Origin: an uncultured Spirochaetaceae bacterium | GTDB lineage: Bacteria; Spirochaetota; Spirochaetia; SZUA-6; Fen-1364 | Length of the DNA stretch: 64,000 nucleotides | Assembly: GCA_964353885.1 (NCBI GenBank) | Contig: CAYGXO010000063.1 | Coordinates: forward strand, 14,389 to 78,388 | Direction: 5' to 3' | In this document: in pieces, positions 1 through 10,567 of the stretch | Position numbering within the stretch: position 1 is the stretch's first letter | Layout of the letters: each line of letters begins with the position of its first letter | Notes under the pieces: generated by a model | Seen by the model: only the letters and a program-made list of their open reading frames with translations | The model's database searches: none | What the model was told of the DNA's origin: nothing | Program-made: the position numbers and the translations under genes

Positions 1-2090
1 GCCAGACCGATGTAGTCCACGACCAGCCCACCGGGTTTGTCACGAAACACTCGGTTCACTCGGGCTATGGCTTGCATAAGACCGTGGCCGCGCATCGGCT
101 TATCTACGTACATCGTATGGAGACTCGGCGCATCGAAACCGGTCAGCCACATATCTCTCACGATGACGATTCTAAAAGGGTCCTTCGGATCGCGAAACTT
201 CTTTGCAAGAGCCTCTCTCCGGGGCTTATTCCTGATGTGATCCTGCCATTCAAGCGGGTCAGAAGCAGAACCTGTCATCACGACCTTGATCCCGCCCTGC
301 TCGTCAGATGCGTGATTCCACTGTGGCCTAAGGGCTGTGATCTCCTTGAACAACTCTACGCAGATACGACGACTCATGCACACGACCATGGCCTTGCCGT
401 CCATGGCCGCATTTCGTTCTTCGTAGTGGTTCACGAGGTCTCTAGCGATCAGCTTCAACCGATTCTCCGCACCCACTAGAGCTTCCAGTCTGGACCACTG
501 ACTCTTCAACTTCTCCTTCCGGTCAACCTCTTCTCCCTCCGTTACCTCCTCAAACTGAGGATCGATACGAGGTCGCTCGGATGGTTTCAGCTCCAACTTG
601 GCAAGGCGTCCCTCGTAATAGATTGGCACAGTGGCTCCATCCACTACCGCCTTCTGTATGTCATAGATTGAGATGTAGTCCCCGAACACAGCCCGTGTGT
701 TCGCATCAACCCGTTCGATTGGTGTTCCGGTGAACCCGATGAAAGAGGCGTTGGGCAGTGCATCATGCATGTGCCTCGCGAAGCCATCGATGAAGTCGTA
801 CTGGCTGCGGTGAGCCTCGTCAGCGATCACCACTATGTTCCTGCGGTCCGACAGCGCCGGATGTTGATCGCCGCTCTCCTCTGGGAGGAACTTCTGGATG
901 GTGGTGAATATAACCCCACCGCCACCCACGTGCAGACACTTTCTGAGGTCTGCTCGGTTCGCCGCTTGAACTGGTTCTTGGCGCAGTACGTCATGACATC
1001 GTGCAAACGTGCCGAACAACTGGTCGTCTAGATCGTTCCTATCTGTGAGAACGACGATGGTTGGATTCTCCATCGCGGGGTGTAGGATCACCTTCCCCGC
1101 ATAGAAGACCATGGTCAGGCTCTTGCCCGAGCCCTGTGTGTGCCAGACTACCCCCACTCGTCGATCCCCGACATCGCCTCCTGAGCGCCCTGTTTGTCTT
1201 CGGCGATCTGTAGTCGATGGTCTTGTGGCCCGGAGGGTCTCCTCCACGGCTGTGTTCACGGCGTGGAACTGGTGGTATCCCGCCATCTTCTTTGAGAGCG
1301 TACCACCTCCCAAATCCTCGAAGACGATGAAGTGCCGAATCAGGTCCAACAACCTTCGCTTGTCGAACACTCCTTCGATGACAACATGAAGCTCAGGCAG
1401 TTCCGGTCCGACGTCTTCCTGTCCCGTGATCGTTCGCCACGGTTTGAACCACTCTTTCCCCGCGCCGAGCGTGCCGATTCGCGCCTGTACCCCATCTGAC
1501 GCGACCAGCGCAACGTTGTATGTGAACAGTGAAGGAATCTGCGCCTGATAGGTCTGGAGTTGCTGGTACGCCGTCCAGATCGTAGCGTTCTCGTCAGCCG
1601 GGTTCTTCAGCTCTATGACCACAAGGGGCAGCCCGTTGACGAACAGGACAATGTCGGGGCGTCGTTCGATCTTGTTCTCAACGACAGTGAATTGATTGAT
1701 GGCCACCCAGTCGTTGTTCTCCACGTTTTCAAAGTCGATCATTCTCGCTTGCATTCCTGCGATAGAGCCGTCCCTCCGGCGATACTCGACTGTCACACCA
1801 TCAACGATCATTCGGTAGACGGCACGGTTGCGCTCTGCCAAAGATGGCGCATCACTGTGCATTATTCTGCGGCAAGCATCTTCCAACGCATCGGGGGAGA
1901 GATCGGGATTGAGACGCGCGAGTGACCGACGAAAGCGGCCTTCTAACACCACGTCGTGGTAGTTCGGGTCGCTTCGCTCCGCTTCGGCCATGCCAGCTGC
2001 GATGTTCGGGCCGTTGAGGACGGCGTAGCCAAGGCCAGTCAACCAAGCGAGGGCAGCTTCTTCGACAACGGATTCAGTGAAAGCGGGCAT
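1..2090 (-). CDS. hsdR: Type I restriction enzyme R subunit (C-terminus runs off left edge of window)
   Basis: Absent from the ORF track because it is open at the edge. Manual translation from ATG at 2090 gives [30 protein letters not shown]... Helicase motif [14 protein letters not shown] (about 1100-1140) and DEAH box [13 protein letters not shown] (about 815-850) lie on the minus strand. It starts 4 nt after the preceding operon gene. Confidence 0.85.
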   Translation of the reverse strand, partial: MPAFTESVVEEAALAWLTGLGYAVLNGPNIAAGMAEAERSDPNYHDVVLEGRFRRSLARLNPDLSPDALEDACRRIMHSDAPSLAERNRAVYRMIVDGVTVEYRRRDGSIAGMQARMIDFENVENNDWVAINQFTVVENKIERRPDIVLFVNGLPLVVIELKNPADENATIWTAYQQLQTYQAQIPSLFTYNVALVASDGVQARIGTLGAGKEWFKPWRTITGQEDVGPELPELHVVIEGVFDKRRLLDLIRHFIVFEDLGGGTLSKKMAGYHQFHAVNTAVEETLRATRPSTTDRRRQTGRSGGDVGDRRVGVVWHTQGSGKSLTMVFYAGKVILHPAMENPTIVVLTDRNDLDDQLFGTFARCHDVLRQEPVQAANRADLRKCLHVGGGGVIFTTIQKFLPEESGDQHPALSDRRNIVVIADEAHRSQYDFIDGFARHMHDALPNASFIGFTGTPIERVDANTRAVFGDYISIYDIQKAVVDGATVPIYYEGRLAKLELKPSERPRIDPQFEEVTEGEEVDRKEKLKSQWSRLEALVGAENRLKLIARDLVNHYEERNAAMDGKAMVVCMSRRICVELFKEITALRPQWNHASDEQGGIKVVMTGSASDPLEWQDHIRNKPRREALAKKFRDPKDPFRIVIVRDMWLTGFDAPSLHTMYVDKPMRGHGLMQAIARVNRVFRDKPGGLVVDYIGL

Positions 2091-2094
2091 GGAC

Positions 2095-3081
2095 CTATTC
2101 CGCGGCTTCCAGTTTCAGGTTCTTCACGATTGGCGCAAATACCCGATGTATGGTCTCCAAGCGTTGCCTGAGCCATTCAAACTGCTGGGGCCACAAGGAT
2201 TCATTCAGAAAGTCGGTGTCTTCCCGCGTGTACAGTCGGCACGTCGCCTTGTTCTCTGGATTGTGCCAAGTCAGCCCAAAGCCCAGCGCCTTCTCAATTA
2301 TTTCTTTCTGTTTCTCTAGAGCCGAAAACTCCTGCTTTGCGTTTGGCCCATCCATGTACAGATCAACACGTATCTCCGGACCCTTGACACCGGTCTCGGA
2401 GTTCCATAGTGAAACGACCGAAGCAAGATGCACACCTGAGCGCCCCAGTGCATGGTTAGTCCAGTGTTGTGGCGATGGCTTCTGGCATCGTACGAAGCTA
2501 CCCTTGGCCTCCATGTACTGCTTGTATGCTGTCCAGAACCTGAACTGGAGTTGTTTGTGAGCCGAAACTTCACCGCTTCCAACCGCCGCCTGTTGAACTG
2601 TTCGTGACCAGTCGTTTGGCTGGCTGATAATATTGAACTTCGGTGCAATCGGAGAATCGCCGATCCGCCATAGCTCGACCTCCAACCCGAACAGATTGAT
2701 CTTCTCATCAGTTCGCTCGTTCAGCCAATCAAGAGTTGCCCGGTGCTCTTCAGTGAACCGCTCTGCAATCCAGACAATGGTGACCGCATTCAGTCCGGCC
2801 GCATAGGTGAGCAACTGACCGAGATGGGTGTGGTCGGTGCGTTCAAGTTGGTTCTCGATCAAGACCCAGTTGTCAGTGACCGTGTCTTTGCACAGAATAT
2901 CCGCTCGGAATGGACCTACATCCTTCTCCTGTGATTCCAGTTCCATTTCGATACCTATTGCTTCACCCAGAAGTTTTAGATTGTCCTCCTGCGCGAGCCA
3001 TGGTGTAAAGTCGGCAGATTCAGACGACCACGCTTCCCTCAATTCAACCTTCTGCAACCGGCCAAGAGGTTTTACACTCAT
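2095..3081 (-). CDS. PD-(D/E)XK-like N-terminal domain plus DUF4268-like C-terminal domain protein, embedded between hsdS and hsdR
   Basis: 328-aa ORF. The N-terminus has ...DILCKD...[20 protein letters not shown], resembling a restriction-endonuclease-fold core. The C-terminal half resembles DUF4268 proteins as I recall them. It is tightly packed in the R-M operon. Confidence 0.55.
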   Translation of the reverse strand: MSVKPLGRLQKVELREAWSSESADFTPWLAQEDNLKLLGEAIGIEMELESQEKDVGPFRADILCKDTVTDNWVLIENQLERTDHTHLGQLLTYAAGLNAVTIVWIAERFTEEHRATLDWLNERTDEKINLFGLEVELWRIGDSPIAPKFNIISQPNDWSRTVQQAAVGSGEVSAHKQLQFRFWTAYKQYMEAKGSFVRCQKPSPQHWTNHALGRSGVHLASVVSLWNSETGVKGPEIRVDLYMDGPNAKQEFSALEKQKEIIEKALGFGLTWHNPENKATCRLYTREDTDFLNESLWPQQFEWLRQRLETIHRVFAPIVKNLKLEAAE

Positions 3082-3108
3082 GGTTCACTCCATTCTCTGT
3101 ATCCTCGC

Positions 3109-4443
3109 CTACACGGACCGTTGTGCGTCCTTCACCCGCAGCTCGCCGTTGATGAGCTTAGGCAGTAACGTGTCCCGCAGAGCGACGAGGGTGCGGGATT
3201 CGCGCCTACACATCAACGTTCGATGTAGTAATGGCGATGTGACCTCCTCAAATGCATCCACAATCGACTTTGGTGGATGGACTGCCGCGAGGCTGAGGAT
3301 GGTATCGACGCATGCGCGTTGGTGGCTATTCGAAGTCCCCGTAGCAAGTGCCTCGATCTGCCGCCGGAAGGTCGGAGAACGCGCAAGGCAATACACATAG
3401 GACTTCCCGAAAGACGAATGGGGGCGGAGTACGAGAAACTCAGTTGAGCAGACTGCCCGGTCAGTCGCGTCAACATCGACAAGCCAGACACGCTCGATCT
3501 CCGGATTGAGCTTTGACAGTAGAATAGCTCCGGGTGGTACGCGTGACTTCAGGCTCTTGATGCTCTGGCCGAACTCAATCTTCGGCCACTGACCGTCGTC
3601 AAACGCCGGGATACTGAAGTGGCGATACAAAACGTCTGGCGATGCGAGTGGGTTCTCTGGATCACGAAGCGGCTCTACAATATCGCTGAAACACCCCATC
3701 TTCCATCCCCTCGGTATCTCGCCCAACGCGCAGTCCTCAAAGTCGTCAGGGAAGAGGTCGATGAGGATTTTAGGGAGGCCGGGGTCGTGGCCTTCGGCCT
3801 TGGCACGTACCGGATCGAAGTCCACGAACCACGACTTGAAGAGTGCCCGCGCTATCGCCTCTAGCGTCTCGTTCATCCGCCGGTTTAGTTCGATCTTGTC
3901 GTCCAGCGTGCCGAGGATGTGGGCGATGGCACGTTGCTCTGACATGGCCGGCAGAGGAATCCGTTGGCTCTCGGCGAACTTGGTGTACTGGAAGCGTGCC
4001 ACTCCGGTGTGCTGAACTTGATGCTCATCCATTCGACCGCTGCTATATAGATGCTGCAAGTACCAGTAGACGTAGCGCGGATCAGCCATTCTGCGATCAA
4101 CGCGAAGAAACCTTGCAAAACTGGCACAGGTTGCTGGAAGGTCAAGTGAGTTGAGGAGCCTGTTGGTGATCAGCAAGCTACGGCCGGTTGGACGGTCGCG
4201 GCTCCCGCCGGCTGTTTCAAGCAAGATGTCATCAGGCTCTAGAGTACGCCGACTGATTGTGGACGAAGCGAGATAGCGGATGGGGACTGACGAAGTATCT
4301 CCAACGCGTACCGCTGGGAAATCGGCCCCTCGAATCACGCGATAAGGTACGAAGCCGGTGGTTGAGGATTCTCTCCCCCAGTCTCCATCTTTCGTAGTAA
4401 CGAGGAGATCTTGGAGCCGTGGCGATGCCGCGTCACTCGCCAT
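3109..4443 (-). CDS. hsdS: Type I R-M specificity subunit
   Basis: 444 aa with two-TRD architecture and conserved central and C-terminal helices ([32 protein letters not shown]; [14 protein letters not shown]). It overlaps the hsdM stop by 11 nt. Confidence 0.8.
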   Translation of the reverse strand: MASDAASPRLQDLLVTTKDGDWGRESSTTGFVPYRVIRGADFPAVRVGDTSSVPIRYLASSTISRRTLEPDDILLETAGGSRDRPTGRSLLITNRLLNSLDLPATCASFARFLRVDRRMADPRYVYWYLQHLYSSGRMDEHQVQHTGVARFQYTKFAESQRIPLPAMSEQRAIAHILGTLDDKIELNRRMNETLEAIARALFKSWFVDFDPVRAKAEGHDPGLPKILIDLFPDDFEDCALGEIPRGWKMGCFSDIVEPLRDPENPLASPDVLYRHFSIPAFDDGQWPKIEFGQSIKSLKSRVPPGAILLSKLNPEIERVWLVDVDATDRAVCSTEFLVLRPHSSFGKSYVYCLARSPTFRRQIEALATGTSNSHQRACVDTILSLAAVHPPKSIVDAFEEVTSPLLHRTLMCRRESRTLVALRDTLLPKLINGELRVKDAQRSV

Positions 4444-6004
4444 ACCCCAACTCCTTCAGGTTGACGGCGATGTTGGCGTCCAACTTCGCGGCCTCTGCTT
4501 GCTGCTGCCTAAGGGTGGTGGCTATCCGCTTCATCTTCTCTTCGAACGGCTCCTCATCCTCCTCGGCTGCCTCTGCCCCCACATACCGACCGGGTGTGAG
4601 TACATATCCATGCTTCCTGATGTCATCCAACCTCACTGATGCACAGAAGCCGGGAACGTCTTCGTACTTCACTTTGACGCTCTTGTCACCGCGCCATGCA
4701 TGATAGACACCAGCAACCTTCGCGGTGTCTTCATCGGTCAACTCTCGATGGACCCGATCTATCATCGTCCCCATCTTCCGGGCGTCTATGAACAGAACCT
4801 CTTCGCGTCGGTCACGGAAACGTCCATTCTTCTTATCCCTTGCCAAGAACCAGAGGCAGACCGGTATCTGGGTGGAGTAGAAGAGTTGCCCCGGCAGCGC
4901 CACCATACAATCTACGAGGTCGGCTTCGATGATGTTCTTCTTGATCTCCCCTTCACCGGATTGGCTGGCGGACATAGAGCCATTAGCCAACACGAATCCC
5001 GCGATCCCTGTCGGAGCCAGATGATAGATGAAGTGCTGGACCCAAGCGAAGTTCGCATTCCCCGCGGGAGGTATCCCATACTTCCACCGTTTGTCGTCCT
5101 TCAACTGCTCTCCCCGCCAATCGCTGTCGTTGAACGGCGGGTTCGCCAACACGAAGTCGGCCTTCAGGTCGGGGTGCTGATCGTTGTGGAAGCTGTCACC
5201 ATGGGCGATCTGTGCATCGATTCCCCGGATGGCGAGGTTCATCTTCGATAGACGCCACGTTGTGTAGTTTGACTCCTGCCCGTAGATGGCGATGTCCCCG
5301 ATCCGGCCGCTGTGAGCCTCGATGAACTTCTCACTACTCACAAACATTCCGCCTGATCCGCAGCAGGGGTCGAACACTCGGCCCTTGTAGGGCGCGAGCA
5401 TCTCGACTAGGACCCGAACCACCCGAGAGGGTGTGTAGAACTGGCCGCCCTTCTTGCCCTCCGCACCGGCGAACTGGGCAAGGAAGTACTCATAGACGCG
5501 TCCGAGGATGTCCTTCGCTCGGTCCGCCGGACTCCCGAGTCCGATGTCACTGACGAGGTTAATGAGTTGGCCGAGTCGTATCTTGTCTAGTCCCGGACGG
5601 CCATATTCCCTCGGGAGTACGCCCTTGAGGGTGGGATTGTCACGCTCGATGGCTGTCATCGCGTCATCGACGAACTTCCCGACCGTCGGCTGGGGTGCGT
5701 TGGCCTTGAGGAGCGACCACCGGGCTTCCTTCGGTACCCAGAAGATGTTTACGGCCTTGTACTCGTCCGGGTCCTCAGGGTCCGCTCCATCAGCCTTCGC
5801 AGCTAGGAGCTGCGCGTGCTGTGCTTCGAAGGCATCAGATATGTACTTCAGGAAGATGAGTCCAAGCACGACGTGCTTGTACTCGGCAGCGTCCATGTTG
5901 TTCCGTAGAGCGTCAGCGGCTGCCCACAGCTTGGCCTCGAAGCCCAGGTTAGCGGTAGTGTCTTTCGGTTTACCCTTTGCCATCGTGGTACTCCACTTTG
6001 TCAT
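4433..6004 (-). CDS. hsdM: Type I R-M N6-adenine DNA methyltransferase subunit
   Basis: 523 aa. N-terminal HsdM_N-like region [34 protein letters not shown], AdoMet motif [11 protein letters not shown] and catalytic LANPPFN. An alternative start, MAKGKPK, lies at 5983. Confidence 0.9.
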   Translation of the reverse strand: MTKWSTTMAKGKPKDTTANLGFEAKLWAAADALRNNMDAAEYKHVVLGLIFLKYISDAFEAQHAQLLAAKADGADPEDPDEYKAVNIFWVPKEARWSLLKANAPQPTVGKFVDDAMTAIERDNPTLKGVLPREYGRPGLDKIRLGQLINLVSDIGLGSPADRAKDILGRVYEYFLAQFAGAEGKKGGQFYTPSRVVRVLVEMLAPYKGRVFDPCCGSGGMFVSSEKFIEAHSGRIGDIAIYGQESNYTTWRLSKMNLAIRGIDAQIAHGDSFHNDQHPDLKADFVLANPPFNDSDWRGEQLKDDKRWKYGIPPAGNANFAWVQHFIYHLAPTGIAGFVLANGSMSASQSGEGEIKKNIIEADLVDCMVALPGQLFYSTQIPVCLWFLARDKKNGRFRDRREEVLFIDARKMGTMIDRVHRELTDEDTAKVAGVYHAWRGDKSVKVKYEDVPGFCASVRLDDIRKHGYVLTPGRYVGAEAAEEDEEPFEEKMKRIATTLRQQQAEAAKLDANIAVNLKELGYGE

Positions 6005-6168
6005 TCAGTGAGGTGATGATCTGGGATGATACTCATTCTACCTATACTTCGCAATCTGCAGGTTCTTGGGGCTCCGGTCGCTTCTGTATTTCCAACCCCG
6101 TGCCTCCACTTCACCTCCTTACCAACATCTTACTCCCTGCCTTCTCCATAGCCATGTTGAAACTCTTC

Positions 6169-6369
6169 TCACCTCGTTTTCTCCACACATTGGAGGTAAT
6201 CCTCATCCGAAAGCCTCGTGTGGTCGTGGAATTGCCTGGTCACAGTGATGTTCTTATGACCGAAGTCGCTCGCGTCTCCATCGAGGTGGCGTTTCGCGAT
6301 TACGCTCTTGATCGAGGCTCTGTTCCGGTCCCCCTTCCTTTTTCGGAGGGCCCCATGCGGTATCTTGGG
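6169..6369 (-). pseudogene. Possible tyrosine-recombinase C-terminal remnant
   Basis: Manual minus-strand translation gives PKIPHGALRKRKGDRNRASIKSVIAKRHLDGDASDFGHKNITVTRQFHDHTRLSDEDYLQCVEKTR*. It has an HxLRK-like box and a GHxx..T..(Y->F)xH-like box. There is no start codon, an upstream in-frame stop, and a possible frameshifted continuation (LTGPTKRPWEV). Confidence 0.35.
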
Positions 6370-6745
6370 TCACCAATCCCGGCTCTCTCGCCAACCTCCC
6401 ACGGCCTCTTGGTGGGACCCGTTAGATATCAGGCCTTACGCGAGGTCCGGATCTGAGCCAGCGCATAACCACCACGCACACCTACCGTGAACCCATCGTG
6501 AACCTTGCCTCCCGACCGTCAGGGGGATTCGGTCCGCGCCGGTGCTCTGAAATGGCAAGGAAGCTCTCAGTGGAGCCAGCACCGCGACTTTCGGTTGGAA
6601 AGCGTGAAAATGGGGGTACAGGGCGAGGGGCCGACGCGTTGTAGGGCCTCCAGGCGTGTCTAGTGCGGGTTTCGTGGTTTTGAGGCCCTGGGAGCCTTCG
6701 CTGGCGGGCCGTGGCGCGATTCTGTTTTCCGATCTTCCGGTCCCG

Positions 6746-7723
6746 TCAGCCTTCCAGCCCCAGGGACCGGAGATAGGTTTCCGTGACGGCGACCGTGGCG
6801 TGCCCGAGGGCTTTCTCCACCTGGTAGACGTCGTGCGTGGCCTCGTAGAGACGCACGGCGAAGGCATGGCGCACGTCGTGGACGGAGTAGCGGGCCTGTA
6901 GCTTGCCTGCCCCGTGCAGCTTGATGGCCAACCGGCGGAAGCGGTCCGCAATCGCTGCCGCCGAGAGGCCAGCAAAGGGTGAGCGTAGGGGAAGCCCGGC
7001 CCGCGTGATCGCCTCCCTGGCCTCCTCGGGGACTTTTCCGCTCTGCTCTTTGCCCTTCGTTGTGGAGCTCCACCGACCCCCCGTGATCGAAAGGCCGGGC
7101 AGGGCGCCCACTCGGAGACCCCCCTGGCCCATCATGACGATGGCCGCCCGCAGCCCTGGCTCGGCCTCGGCCTCGAGGATCCTGACTTCCGCCTCAGACG
7201 GCACCGCCAGTGTGCGCCGCGCCTTCATGACTGGCCGTGAGCGTGTCCCGCGGAAGGGGTTTCGCAGCTCTGTGTGCCGCCTCTCCAACCAAGTCCAGAA
7301 CGATGAGGCCGCCGCCACTCGAAGCTGCACGGTCGCCGGTGATCCACCCGCTGCTTTCTCGCTCTCGATGAAGTCATCCGCGGGGGCAGGGGTGAGCTCC
7401 ATGGGGGGTATCCCCTCTTTCGAGCACCATGCCTCGAGGCGCTCGAGGGCCGTGCGGTAGGAGCGCAGGGTGTGTCGGGAACCGGTCCTACTTGCCCGCT
7501 GGAGGAAGCGATCACGCTCGGCTTGGTAGTCGATGCGGGCCAGGTCCGCCTCGTGGCGCAGGTCGTCCTTGAGACTCTCGGCCACAACCACGCGGGCGAG
7601 CTTCTCCAGCTCCGCAGGCTCAAGGTCGGCAAGCTTGGGTGAGTCCTGGGCGATGCGCCTGGCCACGCTTTTAACCAGGGCCTCCCCCTTCACAGTTGCC
7701 CCCCGCGTCAGAGTTCCTGCCAT
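6746..7723 (-). CDS. Tyrosine recombinase / phage-type integrase (XerC/D-like)
   Basis: 325 aa. SAM-like N-domain (LRSYRTALERLEAWC), catalytic region GGLRVGAL...HDVRHAFAVRL...LGHATVAVTETYL, and RBS GGAAGGAGG 7 nt upstream. Confidence 0.85.
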   Translation of the reverse strand: MAGTLTRGATVKGEALVKSVARRIAQDSPKLADLEPAELEKLARVVVAESLKDDLRHEADLARIDYQAERDRFLQRASRTGSRHTLRSYRTALERLEAWCSKEGIPPMELTPAPADDFIESEKAAGGSPATVQLRVAAASSFWTWLERRHTELRNPFRGTRSRPVMKARRTLAVPSEAEVRILEAEAEPGLRAAIVMMGQGGLRVGALPGLSITGGRWSSTTKGKEQSGKVPEEAREAITRAGLPLRSPFAGLSAAAIADRFRRLAIKLHGAGKLQARYSVHDVRHAFAVRLYEATHDVYQVEKALGHATVAVTETYLRSLGLEG

Positions 7724-7767
7724 GACCCGCCTCCTTCCCGGACTTGTTTCCCGGTCCGTTTCCCATG

Positions 7768-7802
7768 AGCGTGATAATATAAGATTATCACGCTAGAGTC
7801 AA
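7768..7802 (-). promoter_or_regulatory. Sigma70-like promoter with overlapping perfect palindromic operator upstream of the integrase
   Basis: Minus strand reads TTGACT-17 nt-TATTAT. The 11-bp perfect inverted repeat AGCGTGATAAT/ATTATCACGCT (7768-7778 / 7784-7794) covers the spacer and the -10. It sits in an AT-rich patch within GC-rich DNA. Confidence 0.5.
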
Positions 7803-7844
7803 GAGAATGCGGCAGCCAAAAGAGAGGGGAAAGGGGGACTCGGG

Positions 7845-8360
7845 TTAGTATCCCGTTATGTTCTCACTTATCAGGTATGAATCCATGATTACCTCGCGGC
7901 GATACAAACCTGCGGTGATAAGCAAAGTATATGCTACGCCAGTATTGGGATCTACAGAATAGTATCCACCAAAAGCCTCCGACCCTTGGCCGTCGTAGTT
8001 ATTTTCGTTATTGAAGGCTCCATCTTGGTAGCCCTGAGGAGCCGTGGCGATCAACGAAAGGCCAACGGCTGAGAGAGAGCTGGTGACATATTGATTAGTG
8101 ACTTCGTTCCTAATCTTGAATACCATTGGGAAGGGCATGCCACCACCTCCGTAGGTTTGTCCACTACCGCTGAGGTACTCAAGCTTATAGGTTGTGGAAT
8201 CGGCAGCCGTTGCTGCCGGTTCCATAGCAGCTTCCACAGCAGCCTTGAGCGCGGTTAGTACTGATATGTCCGGGCAGCCCCAGAGAACAAGTAGGAGTCC
8301 CGTGAGGAGAGTCGAGCCAAGAATCGCCAACCATGCGCCTTTTCTATTCACTCCTCCCAT
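7845..8360 (-). CDS. Putative lipoprotein, unknown function
   Basis: 171 aa. Signal peptide with lipobox LLLVLWGC. It overlaps the stop of the upstream gene by 13 nt. Low GC relative to the core. Confidence 0.6.
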   Translation of the reverse strand: MGGVNRKGAWLAILGSTLLTGLLLVLWGCPDISVLTALKAAVEAAMEPAATAADSTTYKLEYLSGSGQTYGGGGMPFPMVFKIRNEVTNQYVTSSLSAVGLSLIATAPQGYQDGAFNNENNYDGQGSEAFGGYYSVDPNTGVAYTLLITAGLYRREVIMDSYLISENITGY

Positions 8361-10567
8361 ACCACAGTCCCCCCCACCCCGCTGACCTCCGCGGAGCGCG
8401 TGGCTTCCTCACCTTTCAGGTCCAGGTAAGCATAATGCAGGGCGAGATCTGGATCCCGCGCTTTCAACTCTGCGTAGACCTTCTTGACTCGGAAGTAGTC
8501 CTGGAGGTCATGACTGGCCCTCGCGACTGCCAGAAGCACCCGCGGGTTCTCGGGGTCCTTGGCATATGAACGGTTGTAGTAATCCAAGGCCTTTTCCTTT
8601 TGGTCGTTCAGGTAGAGAATATGGCCTGTGTTTAGAAGAGCCGGAACGTACTCTTCTTTGGCAAGAAGCTTCTCGAACTCTTTTTGCGCCCGATCGTACT
8701 GTCCGTATCGAGCATAGAGAACCCCTAGCTCATTGGTCGGTTCTCGAGGATCCTGCGCCTTCGTAATCTGACTCTCAAGCTCTGCAACTCTGGGGAGAAT
8801 CTCTTGGCCGACAAACTTGCCCACCTCTTCTTGATACGCGCTTACGATCTTCTCAGAGGGAGGAAGCTGTACCGTCACTTCGGCTCCCGGCAGCCCAACC
8901 GGCGCGTACAGTTGCCATGCCTCACGGAGGGGATACAGAAGGGCCTGGTTGCGGGAGAGATTCTCCCTCCACTCCTTAGCCCCATCCTGCCATGCCTGCA
9001 AGAACCCTGCGCTTTCAGTCACCTCCACAGGTATCCAGCTCATATCAGGGCGGATGATTAAATCATCGGCCCGGGAGAAGGTCTTTCGTGCCTCCTCGGG
9101 ACTCACCCCTGTGGAGAAGGCGATGAAGATGTGCCCTGGGATCGTGATGAACGCCGTTTCAATCCCCGCCGACTCCAATAGCGCTGAATAGAGAACGGAG
9201 AAATCGCTGCACTTCCCTCCCCTATATTGAAGGGTTTGTCGCGGAAACTGGATGTAGTCCGCTACCTGCTTATTTGCCGTAAAGGTGGGAATGGGATCCT
9301 GCGAATAGGTCAACCCAAAGAGCTGAAGGGCTTCAAAAAACGCGATTGCAGTGAGCAAATTGGGATTGACCTCGCCTTGGACTTTTCCCTTCACCATGCT
9401 GATCACGTTTTTCGAAAAGGCAAGCACCGTGGGGTCCTTGGTGGTCACAAAGGCTGCTGCTCTTCGATTATCTGCCCAAGTGGTTGCGTTCCTGTCCATG
9501 ATGGGGACGCTCTGCACCAGGCTCTGGTGCTGTACCTGCCCGTTGAGCGTGTACTCCACGTCTACTCTTGCCTGTGTTTTCGTTGTTTCCGTCGTCTGTA
9601 AAATGGTTGGGAGGAACAGGGCAAAGAGATCCACCGACTTTGACTGGCCAGGCCCAAGTGTCGAGGGAGCCGGACAGTTCTGCGGATCGGCCATGAATTC
9701 CTTAATCTGGAAGCTCACCTTGATGCCTGCGATGGATTGATCCGATGCGTTGTGCAGCAATAGCTTTCCCAGCGGATGGGTATCGTAGTAGGCGCGAAAC
9801 ACAGGATAGATATCCTCAAAGGACAGTTCTTTGAGCTCCAGGGAGGCTGCCGGCTTCTGTGGGGGCTGTTCTTCTGGAGACTGCTTATTCAAAGGCGGGG
9901 CCTTCACGGGAGGCGATTGTTGTTTTTTCACTGGGATCTTGGCACTGGAAGGAGCAACGTCATACGATAGACCGATTGAGACACCGAGGCCACCATACAG
10001 GCCAGAGTAGTAGAAGAAAGAAGCTCCAACGCAAACGTGCAAAGGGCTGGGCATAAGAATCAGGCCGGCCTCCAACGAGACAAATGAGTTGCCCCCTGAA
10101 GTGGATAAATCACTAAGGAAGCTGTAGAAGTATCCCCCGGAAATACCACCGGTTGCGGATAACCATGGCGTGAGATCGTATCTCAAGCCGCTACCCAGCG
10201 ACACTGAAGTCACTGAGACGGACAGAGGGATCATGATAGCCTTTAGGTAGTCGTAGCCCAATCCGCCAGACACGAAAATCAGGGGTAGGAAGGGTAACCG
10301 GTACTCCGCTTTAAACCGTATTGACCCTCCTGCGCCGAATAGCGCACTACTCTCGCCCTGAGGGACATTAAGTCCAGGAGCTATATGCAGCGATAAAAGA
10401 GGCGGAGTTTTGGCCGGGATTGTAGCCTGGGCAAGAAGCAAAGTGGGCGTGGCAAGGAGCAATACTACTAATAGTGATCTATTCTTGATGGGCTCACCTC
10501 CCCCACCCGAGTCCTTGGACAATTGCATTATATCACGAGCGCGAAGGCAGGGAAAAGGAAAAATCAT
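8348..10567 (-). CDS. Secreted multidomain protein: Gly/Ser-rich beta-barrel-like N-region, transglutaminase-like cysteine protease core, C-terminal TPR repeats
   Basis: 739 aa. Signal peptide LLVVLLLATPTLLLAQA. Transglutaminase-like core GGKCSDFSVLYSALLESAGIETAFITIPGHIFIAF...WIPVEVT. TPR-like C-terminus (YARYGQYDRAQKEFEKLL, GHILYLNDQKEKALDYYNRSY, ASHDLQDYFRVKKVYAELK). Confidence 0.7.
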   Translation of the reverse strand: MIFPFPCLRARDIMQLSKDSGGGGEPIKNRSLLVVLLLATPTLLLAQATIPAKTPPLLSLHIAPGLNVPQGESSALFGAGGSIRFKAEYRLPFLPLIFVSGGLGYDYLKAIMIPLSVSVTSVSLGSGLRYDLTPWLSATGGISGGYFYSFLSDLSTSGGNSFVSLEAGLILMPSPLHVCVGASFFYYSGLYGGLGVSIGLSYDVAPSSAKIPVKKQQSPPVKAPPLNKQSPEEQPPQKPAASLELKELSFEDIYPVFRAYYDTHPLGKLLLHNASDQSIAGIKVSFQIKEFMADPQNCPAPSTLGPGQSKSVDLFALFLPTILQTTETTKTQARVDVEYTLNGQVQHQSLVQSVPIMDRNATTWADNRRAAAFVTTKDPTVLAFSKNVISMVKGKVQGEVNPNLLTAIAFFEALQLFGLTYSQDPIPTFTANKQVADYIQFPRQTLQYRGGKCSDFSVLYSALLESAGIETAFITIPGHIFIAFSTGVSPEEARKTFSRADDLIIRPDMSWIPVEVTESAGFLQAWQDGAKEWRENLSRNQALLYPLREAWQLYAPVGLPGAEVTVQLPPSEKIVSAYQEEVGKFVGQEILPRVAELESQITKAQDPREPTNELGVLYARYGQYDRAQKEFEKLLAKEEYVPALLNTGHILYLNDQKEKALDYYNRSYAKDPENPRVLLAVARASHDLQDYFRVKKVYAELKARDPDLALHYAYLDLKGEEATRSAEVSGVGGTVVWEE

